Shown here: piece by piece, positions 38,732-48,162 of the stretch
Position numbering within the stretch: the stretch's first letter is position 1
Layout: each line of letters opens with the position of its first letter
Origin: SAR202 cluster bacterium Io17-Chloro-G2
Lineage (GTDB): Bacteria > Chloroflexota > Dehalococcoidia > Lucifugimonadales > UBA3495
Assembly (NCBI GenBank): GCA_002816875.1
Contig: MUCP01000017.1
Coordinates: forward strand, 3,030 to 67,029
DNA length: 64,000 bases
Direction: 5' to 3'
Translations under genes and position numbers: made by a program
Notes under the pieces: model-generated
Seen by the model: only the letters and a program-made list of their open reading frames with translations
What the model was told of the DNA's origin: nothing
Database searches by the model: none

Positions 38732-41413
38732 GTGCTCAAACGGGCCACATCTGGCAGGCCATCAACTGGGCGGGGCGCACCGGGCGGGTGGGAAGCGGCA
38801 ATTGCCGGGCGGGCCGGCGCTTGGCTGGTGCGGTATTCCGGCTGGTTCATCGCCTCGGTCTTGCTTGCCACTGGGTTGCTGGCGCTCCCCATATTCCTGA
38901 TGGCGCCCACGGAACAGGCTTCCCAGGACCCCGGCGGACCGATTTTCGACCTACAGGAAAAAGTTCAGGCAAAATTTCCTCCCCGCATCCATGGCACAGG
39001 ATTCATCGTCGAAGACCGAACCGGAGATATCCTGCGGCAGGCCCCTTTATGGGAGCTGTACCAAAATGAGGAGAGGCTGCGGGAATCCAGTCTGGAAAGG
39101 TTCCTCTACGACGGCTACGACGCCGACAACCAGCGGCAGATCATCGGCGTTTTCACCATCGCAGATGCCGTGAATACCATGTTGGCGCTAGACCGCCGGA
39201 CCGGCGCCACTTTAGCGACGGCCACCGATGATCAGGTGAAACAGGCCGTGCACCGCCTGTTTGCCAGCGACACCGGCCGGCCTCTGCGCGACTCGCTCTC
39301 CCGGGACGCGGGGTTTGAGACCAAGATGGTAGACGGTCAGGAGTTCAACTACTGGCGGGCCTCGGCTCTTTCCTCCTTCGTCGCCTCGGACAACCAGTTG
39401 TTGGGCGGCGGTCCATCGGTGCTCAACCTGGCCAACGACGAAGTGACCCTGGCGAAAGAACGCTACAACCGGCAGGTGCAGGAAACATTGCGGGGAGACC
39501 AGGCCAATTACCGTTTATGGGGTCTGGTCATCGACCTCAACCTGGAATCCAGAGAGCAGGGCCGCACCGCCGTGCCTTTTGTGGCGGCCACCGTGCTTCT
39601 TGTCCTCGCGGTGGTGGGGATTTCCCTGCGTTCTCCCCGGTCGGCGGGACTGGCCATGGTGGGCCTGTTGATGCTTTTCGTTTGGCTCAAGGGCGGCTCC
39701 AACCTGGTGGGGTTAAAGTCGTCTTTGACCCTGGACCTAATAGTCCCCATCGCCATGATCTCCCTGGGCGTGGACTTTTTCATCCATGCCATGGCCCGCT
39801 ATCGTGAGGAGAGGTCGCGGAAACCTCCACCGGCGCCAACGTTGGCGCTACAGAACGGGGCCTCCCGGGTCATCGGGGCCCTGACCCTCGCAATGCTCTC
39901 CGACGGCATTGCTTTCCTGGCCAATGTGACCTCGGGGATCGAGACGGTCATCGGCTTCGGCATCGCCGCGGGCATCGCCGTCTTCGCCAGTTATATCGTT
40001 ATGGGCATGTTTTTGCCTTTGGTGGCCATGCGCTGGGACCAGAGGACCGCCCGCAAAGTGCCCGGCAATGCCGTGCCTAAACTTCTCGTTGGAACCGCGA
40101 GAACTTCACCGGTAGCCGACGGTTTGGCTGCGATCGTCATGGCCCTGGTGCGCTTTCGCTGGGCGGTGCTATTCGTGGCCGCCGGGCTCACCGTGATTAC
40201 TTCTTACCTGGCGTTCCAGTTGGAGCCGCGGTTGGACGTAAAAGAGTTTTTCTCCTCGGATTCTGACCTGGTCGCCGGTCTGGACAAGCTGGACCAGCAC
40301 GTGGGCCCGGCTTTGTCGGGAGAGCCCGCCGTGATATACATCCAGGGTGACTTGACCGAAGCCCAGTCCTTAAGCGCCATCAGTGAACTGCTGGACCGGA
40401 TGGGCGACAATCCAAACTTGGGGCAAACCGGGGATGGCGGGGTTTCCCTTTATCGGCGAACCTTGTTGACCGTGCTGGGTCGCGCCACCGGTAGCGAGTA
40501 CGCCCGAAGCCGTATCAGCGAAGAGACCGGCGTGGCGATCACCGACTATGATGGCGATGGGATACCCGACTCCCCGAAGCAGATCCTGGCCACCTACGAT
40601 TACATCGTGGAAAACGGCGTGCCGGGCAGACGGGGGCGGGGAGCGCTGGTGTACGACCCGGTACAGGTCAGAGAGACTTTGTTCCACGATCCCGGATCTG
40701 ATTCCGGACCCAGCGCCGGCCGGGCAAACGAGCAGGCCACCATAATCATATTCGGGGTATTGGGAACGCGCCAACAGGCCAACGTCTCGCCGGCCCTTGA
40801 GTCATTGGAAATGGACCTGGAGCATCTGCGAAAGCTGCCGTCCATATCCTTCGCCGGGGTCACCGGTTCGCCCTTCACCAGGCACTCCACTCTTCAAGCA
40901 GCCACCAGCGCGCTGAATACATCCCTGCCGGTCGCCGTTGCTGCATGCCTGATCTTGCTGATGGTTTGGATGGGTTCGGTCCGCTACGCGGTGGTGACCA
41001 TTGTTCCAATCGGGCTGGTGGTTTCCTGGCTTTACGCTTTCATGTATCTGGCCGGGTTCCATCTTAACTTCGTCACCGCCACCATCGCCGCTGTTTCCAT
41101 CGGCGTGGGGATCGATTATTCCATTCACGTGACCCAGCGTTTCCGTCAGGAGATGGCGGACCGGAAGGATCCGAAAGTAGCATTGCGCGCCACCGCCAGA
41201 GGTACTGGGGTAGCGCTGGCGGGTTCGGCGGCATCCAGTGTCATCGGCTTCGCCGTGCTGGCCTTCGCCCCCATGCCCCTTTTCTCGGCCTACGGCATCA
41301 TCACAGCCGCCATGATCGCCATGGCTGCGGGGGCGGCCTTAGTGGTTTTGCCCTCGCTCCTGTACCTGGTGTCGGGAGGCGGGCCGTGTTCGGAAGACGA
41401 GGTAAGGGCGTAG
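38732..41413 (+). CDS. MMPL/RND-superfamily transporter
   Basis: Two repeats with SLGVDFFIH and GVGIDYSIH, large extracytoplasmic loops; start codon uncertain. Confidence 0.88.
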   Translation: MLKRATSGRPSTGRGAPGGWEAAIAGRAGAWLVRYSGWFIASVLLATGLLALPIFLMAPTEQASQDPGGPIFDLQEKVQAKFPPRIHGTGFIVEDRTGDILRQAPLWELYQNEERLRESSLERFLYDGYDADNQRQIIGVFTIADAVNTMLALDRRTGATLATATDDQVKQAVHRLFASDTGRPLRDSLSRDAGFETKMVDGQEFNYWRASALSSFVASDNQLLGGGPSVLNLANDEVTLAKERYNRQVQETLRGDQANYRLWGLVIDLNLESREQGRTAVPFVAATVLLVLAVVGISLRSPRSAGLAMVGLLMLFVWLKGGSNLVGLKSSLTLDLIVPIAMISLGVDFFIHAMARYREERSRKPPPAPTLALQNGASRVIGALTLAMLSDGIAFLANVTSGIETVIGFGIAAGIAVFASYIVMGMFLPLVAMRWDQRTARKVPGNAVPKLLVGTARTSPVADGLAAIVMALVRFRWAVLFVAAGLTVITSYLAFQLEPRLDVKEFFSSDSDLVAGLDKLDQHVGPALSGEPAVIYIQGDLTEAQSLSAISELLDRMGDNPNLGQTGDGGVSLYRRTLLTVLGRATGSEYARSRISEETGVAITDYDGDGIPDSPKQILATYDYIVENGVPGRRGRGALVYDPVQVRETLFHDPGSDSGPSAGRANEQATIIIFGVLGTRQQANVSPALESLEMDLEHLRKLPSISFAGVTGSPFTRHSTLQAATSALNTSLPVAVAACLILLMVWMGSVRYAVVTIVPIGLVVSWLYAFMYLAGFHLNFVTATIAAVSIGVGIDYSIHVTQRFRQEMADRKDPKVALRATARGTGVALAGSAASSVIGFAVLAFAPMPLFSAYGIITAAMIAMAAGAALVVLPSLLYLVSGGGPCSEDEVRA

Positions 41414-41422
41414 CGGTTGCCG

Positions 41423-41431
41423 TGATATAAT
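41423..41431 (+). promoter_or_regulatory. Extended -10 promoter
   Basis: TG-A-TATAAT about 45 bp before the ATG at 41476. Confidence 0.45.
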
Positions 41432-41475
41432 TGCGCCGTTTTCGGAACCACCCATCCGGTCCAAGGGATAGTAAA

Positions 41476-42972
41476 ATGCCAGTTCGCCCGGTGTTTATCG
41501 TCCACGGTATCGGAAACCAGAAGAAAGGCGAGGTCTTGACCGCGGTGGTGGAGCCGTGGGTCCAGTTCCTAGGCAAGCATCTGGGCATTGAAAACGTTCA
41601 CCTGGAAGCAGACATTCGGCCCCAGACCGGACCTGCCCACGCCACCATAACCTTTGGCGACGAACGGTGGGAGATTTGGGAGGCATATTGGGCCCAGAGC
41701 TTTCATCCACTCAAAGACGTTCGCGTGCTGACCTGGGGGTTCTCCACACTCCTGCGCCAGACTTGGTCCATCTTCCGAGGATTCAATTACTTTTCCAAGC
41801 GCGAACCCTACCCTAACCCTTCCCCTTTCGTCTACCATCGGAGGCCCATCGGATGGACGGCCTGGGTCTCAGACAAACTCGTAGGCTATCTGGCGGTGAC
41901 GCTGTTCGTACCCCTTTACGTCATGAGCTTGTTGGCGGCTTCAGTGTTTTTTGTTCTTTCCCAGCTTCCCGTGGGAGCGATCCAACCCAAATTGGGCGAG
42001 GTCGTAACCAAATTGACCGAGGCTCTGGTACAGGGCCCCGGCGACATGGCGGCCATCCTGCTAAGCGAGACCCGGCTGGCCTCCATGAAGAATGAGTTGA
42101 AGCAACTGATGCTCAGCAAGATTTCCAGCGGGCCGGCCGGTGAACCGGCGCCGGAGCGGGCCACCGTGATCGCCCACTCGGCTGGAGCGACCGTGGCGTT
42201 TGCCGCCCTGTCCGACGGCTCCCTTTGGGATGCTTGGGACCATGGGATGCCCGGCCCTAAAGAGATATCCTTCCTCACCGTGGGGAGTTCTCTGAACTTG
42301 GCCTGGCGGTCGGACTCCAACCATCCCATCTGGAAACGCGGTTTGGACCCCAGGGTGCGGTGGATCGATTTCTGGGCAAGGTACGATCCCGTGCCTCACG
42401 GCCCCGCGGCAAGGGAAATGCAGGCCGAAGCCCGCGGCCGGAATGAGGGGTTCTTTGAGAGCGTCCGTGTAATTAATCTGGACAACCCTTTCACGGACCA
42501 CGTTACCTACTGGGGCAACCACCCCGAGGTTGTCAGCAGGTTTGCCCTTGAGATTGCTGGCCTTTCCGAAGAAACCGTGGCAGGGGCGGAGGAAGCCGAC
42601 GGGAACTTGCCTCCGGAACGGGAAGCATTGGTCAAAGCCGTCCGGGTGGCGCTGAATGATATCCAAGGTCACCGGATAAGGATCGGCGCCATGTCTTTGT
42701 TGAGGGCCTTCGTTCCGTTCGCGACCCTCGCGGTGGTGACGGCCTTGGATTTCGCTACACCGTGGGACACGGCCAGTTTTCTAGGCGGCCCATTGTTGGA
42801 GATCATGCTGCCCGGTGAGCAGCAAATAAACGGCGTAGTGGCCTGGCTGGCCGGCGTGGCGGTCATCGCCGTGGCCCTCTACGCCCTTTGGCAATTCGTT
42901 AGACTGTGGTTTGTGGAGCCAAAGCTTTCCAAGGATTACCCTGCTTTGGGCCGCGGCAAGAAACTGGGATAA
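41476..42972 (+). CDS. Membrane-associated alpha/beta-hydrolase-like protein
   Basis: VHGIG, IAHSAG nucleophile elbow, YDPVP, DHVTYW, plus transmembrane segments. Confidence 0.7.
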   Translation: MPVRPVFIVHGIGNQKKGEVLTAVVEPWVQFLGKHLGIENVHLEADIRPQTGPAHATITFGDERWEIWEAYWAQSFHPLKDVRVLTWGFSTLLRQTWSIFRGFNYFSKREPYPNPSPFVYHRRPIGWTAWVSDKLVGYLAVTLFVPLYVMSLLAASVFFVLSQLPVGAIQPKLGEVVTKLTEALVQGPGDMAAILLSETRLASMKNELKQLMLSKISSGPAGEPAPERATVIAHSAGATVAFAALSDGSLWDAWDHGMPGPKEISFLTVGSSLNLAWRSDSNHPIWKRGLDPRVRWIDFWARYDPVPHGPAAREMQAEARGRNEGFFESVRVINLDNPFTDHVTYWGNHPEVVSRFALEIAGLSEETVAGAEEADGNLPPEREALVKAVRVALNDIQGHRIRIGAMSLLRAFVPFATLAVVTALDFATPWDTASFLGGPLLEIMLPGEQQINGVVAWLAGVAVIAVALYALWQFVRLWFVEPKLSKDYPALGRGKKLG

Positions 42973-43001
42973 ATACCTGAATTAAGGGGGAACAACGGTC
43001 C

Positions 43002-44144
43002 ATGATCAAACGGTTTTCTGTGCTGTATGTCGGGCAGATCGATTTCGAGAACGTGGGGCCCGGCAGCACTCCTGCCGACGAGCGCCTATACCCCAACGAG
43101 CGTTTGGTGGGGGCCTATGATAACGCTGTCAACCTGGCCAAACATATGGACGAGCTGGGCTACTACTGCATGTGGACGGCCGAGCACCATTTCCAGAGGG
43201 AGGGCTACGAATGCTTCCCTAACCTGATCTTGTTGGGCGTCCACCTGGCGGGAATCACCAAGACGCTTAAATTTGGCTCGGGTTTCAACGTCGTACCCAT
43301 GTGGCACCCGATAAGGCTGGCGGAAGACTTCGCCATGGCCGACGTGCTCACCGGCGGCCGTTTGATCTTCGGCGTGGGCCGGGGCTATCACTCACGGGAG
43401 GTGGAAACCTTCGGCGCGCCGGTCATCGACAACGACGCCAACAAGGAGCTCTTCGAAGAACAGATGGAGATCATATTCAAGGCGTTCAACGAAGATTCGT
43501 TCAGTCACCACGGTAAACATTACACCATCCCCGCCGATGTGCCCTACCGGGGTTATCAGCTCAAGGACGTCACCATGGTGCCCCGGCCCTTAAACCGGCC
43601 GGTGGAGATCTGGCAGCCCATCGCCAGCGGGCGGACCCTGGAATACATCGCCACCAAGGGCATCAAAGCCATGGTTGCTCTAACCGGCGAACGGTTGGTT
43701 GACGAGTTATTCCGCAGCTATCAGGAAAAGGCGGCCACCGTGGGCCACCAATTGACTTTGGGTCAAGACATGGCGCTTGGCATTGGATTTTACCTGGGTG
43801 ACGATCAGCAGCAGGCGATGGAAGATGTCAGGCCTTACCACGACGAAAGATATAAATGGTTCGCGCCCTTTGGGTTCGTCCGCTACACCGATTCCCAGGG
43901 CAGGGCATGGGGGACGCCCGGCGCGCCCTCCGGCGCTCCCAGCATTGAAGACGGGGTGCAGCAAAAGGTTTGGGCCTGCGGGCCCGCGGATACGGTAATC
44001 GGCATGTTGCGGGAGTATGAAGAAAAGTATCCGGGCCTGGAAGACATCATCCTGCAATGGCCCGAAGGCATGCCCTGGCCCGAGTACAAAGACCAGTTGA
44101 GCCGGTTTGCCAAAGACGTGATGCCGGCCTTTTCCGGCCGTTAA
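43002..44144 (+). CDS. LLM-class (luciferase-like) flavin-dependent oxidoreductase
   Basis: WTAEHHF, WHPIRLAEDFAMADVLTGGRLIFGVGRGY. Confidence 0.92.
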   Translation: MIKRFSVLYVGQIDFENVGPGSTPADERLYPNERLVGAYDNAVNLAKHMDELGYYCMWTAEHHFQREGYECFPNLILLGVHLAGITKTLKFGSGFNVVPMWHPIRLAEDFAMADVLTGGRLIFGVGRGYHSREVETFGAPVIDNDANKELFEEQMEIIFKAFNEDSFSHHGKHYTIPADVPYRGYQLKDVTMVPRPLNRPVEIWQPIASGRTLEYIATKGIKAMVALTGERLVDELFRSYQEKAATVGHQLTLGQDMALGIGFYLGDDQQQAMEDVRPYHDERYKWFAPFGFVRYTDSQGRAWGTPGAPSGAPSIEDGVQQKVWACGPADTVIGMLREYEEKYPGLEDIILQWPEGMPWPEYKDQLSRFAKDVMPAFSGR

Positions 44145-44178
44145 GAGCGGCGGGCCTGGGCGGCGCGCTTGAATCAGG

Positions 44179-44547
44179 CTAGCGCGGTGTCCCCGGCACC
44201 CAGTATTCCACCGGCGCGTCTTTGTCCAGCATCAGGCAGGCCTCTCCCCATTGGGCCGGGTCGTAAACGTCCCACTCGTCGGTGCTGTCCCAGGGTTGCA
44301 GCCTGATACCTTCGTCGCCGCCGTATACCAGCATTATCACCCCTTCCCCCGAGTCTTCCGATTGGGCTGCCCTGGCGGCGCACGGTCCTGAAGAACTCCA
44401 TCCGGTGACCCTGCACCACCTGTCTTCTCCGTCTAGTCCAGCGGTAAACACGCCCGTGATGTCCCTGGGCTGGTCCAGCAGATCGAATATCCGGTTGACC
44501 GTAAGGGGGCTGTTCGAGCCGTCGGTCACGTCGATTTCCAGCAGCAT
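44179..44547 (-). CDS. Hypothetical acidic protein
   Basis: 122-aa ORF with genome-typical codon use and GGGGA RBS; motif EDSGEG..L.YGG..GIRL. Confidence 0.65.
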   Translation of the reverse strand: MLLEIDVTDGSNSPLTVNRIFDLLDQPRDITGVFTAGLDGEDRWCRVTGWSSSGPCAARAAQSEDSGEGVIMLVYGGDEGIRLQPWDSTDEWDVYDPAQWGEACLMLDKDAPVEYWVPGTPR

Positions 44548-44839
44548 TCGAATCCCATCCCCGTGCCAGATTTGTGCAAGATTCTAGCACATCGTCCCCA
44601 GATGCATGATGCCGGTCTGCCCGGAAACTTACCATGTCTCGCCATGTCAATTGAGGCGTTAACCCCTTGGGACGACACGATGTTAACCCACCGGAATCTA
44701 GTTCTCGATTGGGATTCAATTGATTGTGGCGTTCCAGCATTAAAGCTGATCCAGTCCTGGAAATATAAAGAATTACCACCCGGGCTTTTTATCAGGGGAT
44801 ATTGATTGGAATGTTCGGCGATGCCCAAGGAGGTCCAAT

Positions 44840-46090
44840 ATGCTGTCGGTACGGCAGTTGAATCCATTTGAAGAGGTGAATCTGTTGTTCGACCGGGCGG
44901 CCGACCGGCTTGGGTTGCCCGATGGGTGCAGGGAGATGCTGCGCCGGCCGTGGCGGGAGTTGCAGGTGCAGGTGCCGGTGCGCATGGATGACGGGCGTAT
45001 ACAGGTTTTCTCTGGTTACCGGGTGCAGCACAACGCCGCCCGAGGGCCATACAAAGGTGGAGTGAGGTATCACCCGGAAGCCGGCCTGGATGAGGTAAGG
45101 GCCCTGGCGTCCCTGATGACCTGGAAGACAGCCCTGGTGAACATACCCTTCGGCGGGGCCAAAGGCAGCGTTCAATGCGACCCCAATGCCTTGTCCCAGG
45201 CAGAATTGAACCGGCTTACCCGCCGGTACACCACAGGGATCGATCATTTCATCGCACCCCACCGGGATATTCCCGCGCCGGATATGGGCACCAACGCCCA
45301 GACCATGGGGTGGATGATGGATGCCTATGGCTTGCTTCACGGACACTCCCCGGCGATAGTCACCGGAAAACCGGTGGAATTGGGAGGGTCCCTGGGACGG
45401 GAGGCAGCCACGGGACGTGGCGTGGTGACCCTCCTTCAAGAGGTGGCCCGTGACCTGCCCATGGACCTGAAGGGCGCCCGGATAGCCGTGCAGGGCTTGG
45501 GCAACGTTGGCGCCTGGGTGGTCAAACTGGCAAAGAAGCAGGGATGTAAGGTGGTGGCCGTCAGCGACATCAACGGCGGGCTCTACAACCCCAAAGGCTT
45601 GGACGTCCCGGCGCTGATGGCAATCAATGGACTGGATGCCCCTGCCGACGACCTGCCCGAGGGAGACAGGGTGACCAATCAGGAGCTTTTGGAGTTGGAT
45701 TGCGACGTGCTGGTCCCGGCTGCCATTGGCAACGTCATCACCGTCGAGAACGCTTCCCGGATCAAAGCGCGGTTGGTGTTGGAGGCGGCCAACCATCCAA
45801 CCACGCCCGAGGCCGACGAGGTCCTGATCGACCGCGGAATCGAGGTCCTGCCGGATATTCTGGTCAACGCCGGAGGGGTCATCGTCTCTTACTTTGAGTG
45901 GACTCAAAACCTGCAGGAGTTCCGCTGGGATGAGGCTCGGGTGAACCAAGAACTGACCAAGATCCTGATCGCCGCCTACCGGGAGATGCGAGCCAAAGCC
46001 AAAACCCGAAACCTGACAAATCGCGAGGCGGCGCTGGAGATCGGCGTGGAAAGGGTGGCCCGGACCGTGGAACTCAGGGGGTTTGTGTAA
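44840..46090 (+). CDS. gdhA: Glu/Leu/Phe/Val dehydrogenase (glutamate dehydrogenase)
   Basis: GPYKGGVRY, MTWK, PFGGAKG, DIPAPDMGT, TGKP, QGLGNVG, NAGGVIVSYFEW. Confidence 0.92.
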   Translation: MLSVRQLNPFEEVNLLFDRAADRLGLPDGCREMLRRPWRELQVQVPVRMDDGRIQVFSGYRVQHNAARGPYKGGVRYHPEAGLDEVRALASLMTWKTALVNIPFGGAKGSVQCDPNALSQAELNRLTRRYTTGIDHFIAPHRDIPAPDMGTNAQTMGWMMDAYGLLHGHSPAIVTGKPVELGGSLGREAATGRGVVTLLQEVARDLPMDLKGARIAVQGLGNVGAWVVKLAKKQGCKVVAVSDINGGLYNPKGLDVPALMAINGLDAPADDLPEGDRVTNQELLELDCDVLVPAAIGNVITVENASRIKARLVLEAANHPTTPEADEVLIDRGIEVLPDILVNAGGVIVSYFEWTQNLQEFRWDEARVNQELTKILIAAYREMRAKAKTRNLTNREAALEIGVERVARTVELRGFV

Positions 46091-46117
46091 ACCAACGATT
46101 CGCCTCAAACAGCCAAG

Positions 46118-46148
46118 TTGACGCCAAATGCGGCCCCCGGTATATAAT
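46118..46148 (+). promoter_or_regulatory. sigma70-type promoter for ggt
   Basis: TTGACG followed 17-19 bp later by TATATAAT. Confidence 0.5.
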
Positions 46149-46223
46149 CTAGCCTCAGACTGACCGGTTATCGAATCATTGCAGTGGCCGCCGCGGGAAA
46201 TGGGGCGGTCCGGGAGGCGCGCC

Positions 46224-47981
46224 TTGGCCATCGGAATCCGTACCTATCGTCCCTTGATCACCGGAAAGACCCATATGGCCGCCGCCGGCCATTACCTTGC
46301 CACCGCTTCGGCCTACCGGATATTGGAACAGGGCGGAAACGCCGTGGACGCGGGCGTGGCAGCGGGTATCACTCTAAACGTCGTCCTGCCCCAGTACACC
46401 AGCTTTGCCGGTGTTGCGCCCATACTCATCCATCACGCCGAAAAACAAGAGACCGTCACCATCAGCGGACTGGGCCGATGGCCCAAAGCCGCCAGCATAG
46501 ATTATTTCAACAAAAATCATGGCGGGAAATTACCCGCGGGCATCCTGCGCACCGTCACTCCGGCGGCAGCAGACGCTTGGCTGACGGCCATCAAACTCTA
46601 TGGCACCATGAGCTTCCAGCAGGTTGTCACACCGGCAATGGAGATCGCCGAAGGCGGCTTTCCCATACCCGCCACGCTACAAAGGGCGCTGGCGCGGGAG
46701 GGAAATGCTCTGATCGGCGACGAGGGAGGCCCCCTGCCATGGCCCAGCACCCGGGAGATATTCGTACCAAATGACCAACCCCTGGCGACCGGGGATGTCC
46801 TGGTTCAAAAGGACCTGGCCCGCACCTTCCAAAGGTTGATCCAGGTCGAGAACGACAACGCGTCTAAAGGCCGGGAAGACGCCATCCAAGCCGTCAGGGA
46901 TTTCTTCTACCACGGCGAGATCGCCCAAGAAATGGTGGACTTCTGCCAAGAGCAAGGCGGCCTGCTCACCATGGAAGACTTAGCCGATTTCCACGTGGGG
47001 CTGGAGCCGCCGGCGGTGGGATCTTATAAGGGAGTTGACGTTTACACCTGCGGTCCCTGGTGCCAGGGACCGGCCAGCATCCAAGCCCTGCACATCCTGG
47101 AAGGATTCGACCTGCAGACGATGGGCCACAACAGCGCAGATTACATTCACACGGTGTTGGAAGCCCTGAAACTGGCCTTCTCCGACCGCCACTTTTTCTA
47201 CGGCGACCCGGATTTCGTGGACGTGCCTATGGAAGGACTGCTCTCCCACGCTTATGCGGCCCAACGCGCCACAACCATCGATCCCCGGCGTGCCAGCGCC
47301 GGAATGCCCGCTGGTGGAGACCCCTGGGCCCACCAGGACGGTAGATCCAACGGCAGTAAGCCGGCGCACCCGGAAGCCGTGGCTGGCAGGCTAGAGGCCG
47401 ACACCAGTTACGTCAGCGTGATGGACCGGTGGGGCAACGCCTTTTCCGCCACTCCCAGCGACGGCCTGGGCAACGCGCCCGTCGCCAAGGGATTGGGATT
47501 CATCTTGTCTTCCAGGGGTTCCCAGAGTTGGCTGGACGAAGACCATCCCTCTTCTCTACAGCCCGGCAAGCGGCCCCGGTTGACCCCCAACCCGGCCCTG
47601 GCGATGAAGGACGGCAAGGTGTTGATGCCTTTCGGCACCCCCGGCGGCGATGTCCAATGCCAGTCCATGGTCCAGACATTCTTGAACATCATCGAGTTCG
47701 GCATGGACCCCCAACAAGCCATAGAGGCACCCAGGGCGTCTACCTGGAGCTTCCCAAACTCCTTCTATCCCCACGCATACAATCCCGGATTGGTGGCAGT
47801 GGAAGGTCGTATAGACTCTGGCGTCGTGGAAGATCTGCGAAGCCGGGGACATCAGGTGGAGGTCTGGGACGACTGGACTTCCCGCATGGGCGGTATGTGC
47901 GCCATCAAGGTGAACCAGGAAACCGGCGCCCTGTACGGAGGCGCCGACCCCCGCCGCGACGGCTACGCCATGGGGCGGTAG
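46224..47981 (+). CDS. ggt: Gamma-glutamyltransferase family protein
   Basis: GGNAVDAG, autoproteolytic DTSYVSV, PGKRPR.T, FGTPGGD.Q, GGADPRRDG; TTG start after GGAGG. Confidence 0.9.
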   Translation: MAIGIRTYRPLITGKTHMAAAGHYLATASAYRILEQGGNAVDAGVAAGITLNVVLPQYTSFAGVAPILIHHAEKQETVTISGLGRWPKAASIDYFNKNHGGKLPAGILRTVTPAAADAWLTAIKLYGTMSFQQVVTPAMEIAEGGFPIPATLQRALAREGNALIGDEGGPLPWPSTREIFVPNDQPLATGDVLVQKDLARTFQRLIQVENDNASKGREDAIQAVRDFFYHGEIAQEMVDFCQEQGGLLTMEDLADFHVGLEPPAVGSYKGVDVYTCGPWCQGPASIQALHILEGFDLQTMGHNSADYIHTVLEALKLAFSDRHFFYGDPDFVDVPMEGLLSHAYAAQRATTIDPRRASAGMPAGGDPWAHQDGRSNGSKPAHPEAVAGRLEADTSYVSVMDRWGNAFSATPSDGLGNAPVAKGLGFILSSRGSQSWLDEDHPSSLQPGKRPRLTPNPALAMKDGKVLMPFGTPGGDVQCQSMVQTFLNIIEFGMDPQQAIEAPRASTWSFPNSFYPHAYNPGLVAVEGRIDSGVVEDLRSRGHQVEVWDDWTSRMGGMCAIKVNQETGALYGGADPRRDGYAMGR

Positions 47982-48004
47982 GGGCGCACGGCCGTGCGCC
48001 CATA
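47978..48004. repeat. GTAG-family REP overlapping the ggt stop
   Basis: GTAGGGGCGCACGGCCGTGCGCCCATA. Confidence 0.75.
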
Positions 48005-48162
48005 GGTAGCTGCCAGCTCTCAGCGCTCAGCTATCAGTCCTTGGGCTGACGGCGGGTCTTGGGGATGTAGGCGGGTTAGTGACCGGTGGCTTGATTAGAT
48101 ATTGCCCATCTGTTCATGACGGCTTTGTAGTAACCACACCAACGGAAATAGGTGAAACAAGG

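Noticed and set aside
44792-46231. 479-aa antisense ORF opposite gdhA
   Set aside because: Long antisense frames are expected opposite high-GC genes; no motifs, and the plus-strand protein is an unambiguous dehydrogenase
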